Below are positions 61,985 to 64,000 of a stretch of 64,000 bases of DNA, one piece after another. Each line of letters starts with the position of its first letter. Position 1 is the first letter of the stretch. Below the pieces are notes generated by a model. The model searched no databases and had not been told where the DNA came from. It worked only from the letters and a program-made list of their open reading frames with translations. The position numbers and the translations under genes were made by a program. The DNA is from a virus. The stretch lies in the IMG/VR virus record IMGVR_UViG_3300009788_000087; one strand, written 5' to 3'.

Positions 61985-62947
61985 TTATCCCCATTTATGC
62001 TTAAACTGATAGGGTTCCAATTCGTAATAATCCTTTTTGTACTCAGGATTTGACCAACGATTATTTTCATCTAAAGAAACTGTAGATGAAATTATCTCTA
62101 AAGGAACATGTGTATCATCACATTCATGACCAAGTTCAGCGACGGCATCGACAATGTCGCCGTCTGCCATTGTAAACCCGCGGTCTACATACTTCTTAAT
62201 ACGACGCATCATAGATACTGGAAAAATTGTATTAGAGATAACAATTTGTCTTTTTCGTAAGAGGTCTAAACCATCTTTGTGGTATGCACATTGTATTTTA
62301 GAATCGTCTGTGTTTGCCCATATGGCAGATTTAACATGAAGCATATCGAATGACTCGAGGACATCATATACTGATTCATACCAGACCATTTTGATAACTT
62401 GAACAGTCTTTGTCTGTGTACACTTGGGTCCTGGTTTTGCTTCGATGAATTTTATTCTTGAAGGATCAGCTTTACATTCCTTTATGTGTTCAGGATCAAC
62501 AATGAAATTCATCGATTCTAACTTTGTTAAAGTACCTAGAAATGAATTGTAACTACCGCAAAAGATATCGATATCTTTTGCTTTTCCATATTCACCTAAT
62601 AGTGATGATGCAACGGCACCACCAGCAATCCACACAGTTGGGTTCTTCAATGCTATAGCAAGATCTCTAAGTTCATGTCTAATTTCACCAGCGCCGACGA
62701 GATGTCCATTGTTACCTATTAATGAACCATAAACCGTTACTTCATTTTTAATGTAGTCATCTACAGGATGTATACAAGTTTTGTAGAATAGTCTTCGTTC
62801 TGGCGGATCAAGATATTCGGTTTGCTTAGTTTCTACTGTGGGATTTGTATTACCGAGTACAATATTACCTCCAGTAGAAAATGCTTGTGTTGGAAAGACA
62901 ATAGGGTTAAATATTGACGATTTCTTTACTCGACCAAAACTAGCCAT
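61985..62947 (-). CDS. nucleotidyltransferase (poly(A) polymerase/CCA-adding head-like)
   Basis: WIAGGAV...KDIDIF, FDMLH, RIKKYVDRGF. Confidence 0.7.
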   Translation of the reverse strand: MASFGRVKKSSIFNPIVFPTQAFSTGGNIVLGNTNPTVETKQTEYLDPPERRLFYKTCIHPVDDYIKNEVTVYGSLIGNNGHLVGAGEIRHELRDLAIALKNPTVWIAGGAVASSLLGEYGKAKDIDIFCGSYNSFLGTLTKLESMNFIVDPEHIKECKADPSRIKFIEAKPGPKCTQTKTVQVIKMVWYESVYDVLESFDMLHVKSAIWANTDDSKIQCAYHKDGLDLLRKRQIVISNTIFPVSMMRRIKKYVDRGFTMADGDIVDAVAELGHECDDTHVPLEIISSTVSLDENNRWSNPEYKKDYYELEPYQFKHKWG

Positions 62948-63159
62948 CCCAACGCTCCTTATTGTTGTTCTAGCACACTCTTACATGAGTTGAGTGTGTG
63001 ATCTATCAGAAACAAACTAACTTTCTGATACGGGCATCTTTGTGTGTTTTTCTATTCCATGTAAACTGCTGATATTCAATCGCGGTAGATCCTGGTATTT
63101 TATTTCGGAGAGTTATTAGGTCGACATCTTCAGATAGTTGTTCAACCTTATGTACTCCA

Positions 63160-63357
63160 TCACCATCCACCGGCATTTCTGTGTTCAGGGCTTGCGTAAA
63201 TTGTTAGAAATTTTCCACAATCTGGGCATTCGCCTTGGTATCGTGGGAATTTCAATTGAATATCATGAGCACTCATTTCACGTGCTTCATTGAGATCAAA
63301 ATCAGGTGGCCGCATCCTAGAATGTGTACAGTTTTCTACAGTTGGTTGATTTGCCAT
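63160..63357 (-). CDS. small hypothetical protein
   Basis: ECPDCG...YAS.EH..AGGW. Confidence 0.6.
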   Translation of the reverse strand: MANQPTVENCTHSRMRPPDFDLNEAREMSAHDIQLKFPRYQGECPDCGKFLTIYASPEHRNAGGW

Positions 63358-63370
63358 AACTTATCTATGC

Positions 63371-63478
63371 CTACAGTTTATCGATGAGTCTATATCCGAG
63401 ATAAAATAAACCGATCCAGAAAGTGATCATTGCTAAACCTACGAATATAAACCAACCCTTGAAGAATTTATCGTCCAT
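63371..63478 (-). CDS. small membrane peptide (35 aa)
   Basis: Read by hand: MDDKFFKGWFIFVGLAMITFWIGLFYLGYRLIDKL. Confidence 0.5.
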   Translation of the reverse strand: MDDKFFKGWFIFVGLAMITFWIGLFYLGYRLIDKL

Positions 63479-63635
63479 CGTTTATAGCATCCTTAATGAT
63501 ATCACTTAAGATCCAAGCAGCAACACTAAAGTTCATTGCTGGTATGTAAGCGCTTACATCACCTAATGCACACAGAGTACCAGCAAAAATATTCACACCA
63601 AATAAAAATCGATTCAACAAGTCGGTCTCCTTTCA

Positions 63636-63726
63636 CGCCTCACTAGAGCTCTCCAGCTCCACTCTAAGGCCTCGGGGTTGGCTCCGTATGGAGTATTGCC
63701 CACTGTGTCTCATGCGTCTCTGAATT
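63636..63726. repeat. GC-rich CTC/GAG element, copy 2
   Basis: CCAGCTCCACTC-N53-CTCTGAATT on the plus strand. Confidence 0.5.
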
Positions 63727-63889
63727 AATCTTGTGTGTAATTACTAAGAAAGAAGTAATAGAGACAAAAGTTGAACGCACAGAGCGCGATCAGTGCTATA
63801 AAGAATGTAGCACCAGCTGGTTTTATGAAATGCCCGATGACACCACCAGAAGCTGCGCACCAAAACAAATATGAAAGACGTATAAGCAT
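63725..63889 (-). CDS. small membrane protein (54 aa)
   Basis: Read by hand; AAAGGA RBS; two hydrophobic segments. Confidence 0.5.
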   Translation of the reverse strand: MLIRLSYLFWCAASGGVIGHFIKPAGATFFIALIALCAFNFCLYYFFLSNYTQD

Positions 63890-64000
63890 AGTTTTCCTTT
63901 CGAGTTAACCTAGACTATCGAAGACATCATCATCGTCTGACTCAACTGGATCTTCATCACAGAATGAGTCAAACATATCATCAATGAGTTCACGGAGATG

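Noticed and set aside
1-64000. Giant eukaryotic virus interpretation (glycan cluster, PMM, MBD4)
   Set aside because: Baseplate gp6/gp25-like genes, Shine-Dalgarno sites, sigma70 promoters, CCA-encoding tRNAs, tmRNA and GroES indicate a bacteriophage.
1-64000. CRISPR array, rRNA, IS element or Ro60 (TROVE) gene
   Set aside because: No regularly spaced repeats, rRNA motifs, transposase or TROVE-like ORF seen.

Overview
Fragment of a large (jumbo-type) tailed bacteriophage genome, probably contractile-tailed, in genetic code 11. Nearly all real genes are on the minus strand. Three modules are visible. (1) 1-19.5 kb: virion module with tail-fibre/LamG-type proteins, baseplate wedge, gp25-like and spike proteins, plus a sigma-like factor. 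Many of these virion proteins are rich in [S/T]-G-S tripeptides. (2) 20.7-40 kb: a cluster of about 20 sugar-nucleotide, glycosyltransferase and methyltransferase genes with heptose-pathway (HldE-like) enzymes and a B12 radical SAM enzyme, most plausibly for virion glycosylation. (3) 42.7-55.8 kb: an array of 37 tRNA genes that I read by eye, covering all 20 amino acids with no suppressors. It is interleaved with small ORFs, a GIY-YIG endonuclease and many non-canonical RNAs: four circularly permuted tRNA mimics, an 80-nt tmRNA reduced to its tRNA-like domain, a 131-nt CCA-ending tRNA with a giant variable arm, a Sec/allo-like cloverleaf and several end-paired structured RNAs. This tRNA-mimic set is the best candidate for an undescribed system. 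56-64 kb holds small early-type genes (GroES, MBD4-like glycosylase, nucleotidyltransferase). Cys-rich lipoproteins hint at a Myxococcota/deltaproteobacterial host (inference only). All product calls come from motif recognition, not database searches, and all folds were worked out by hand.
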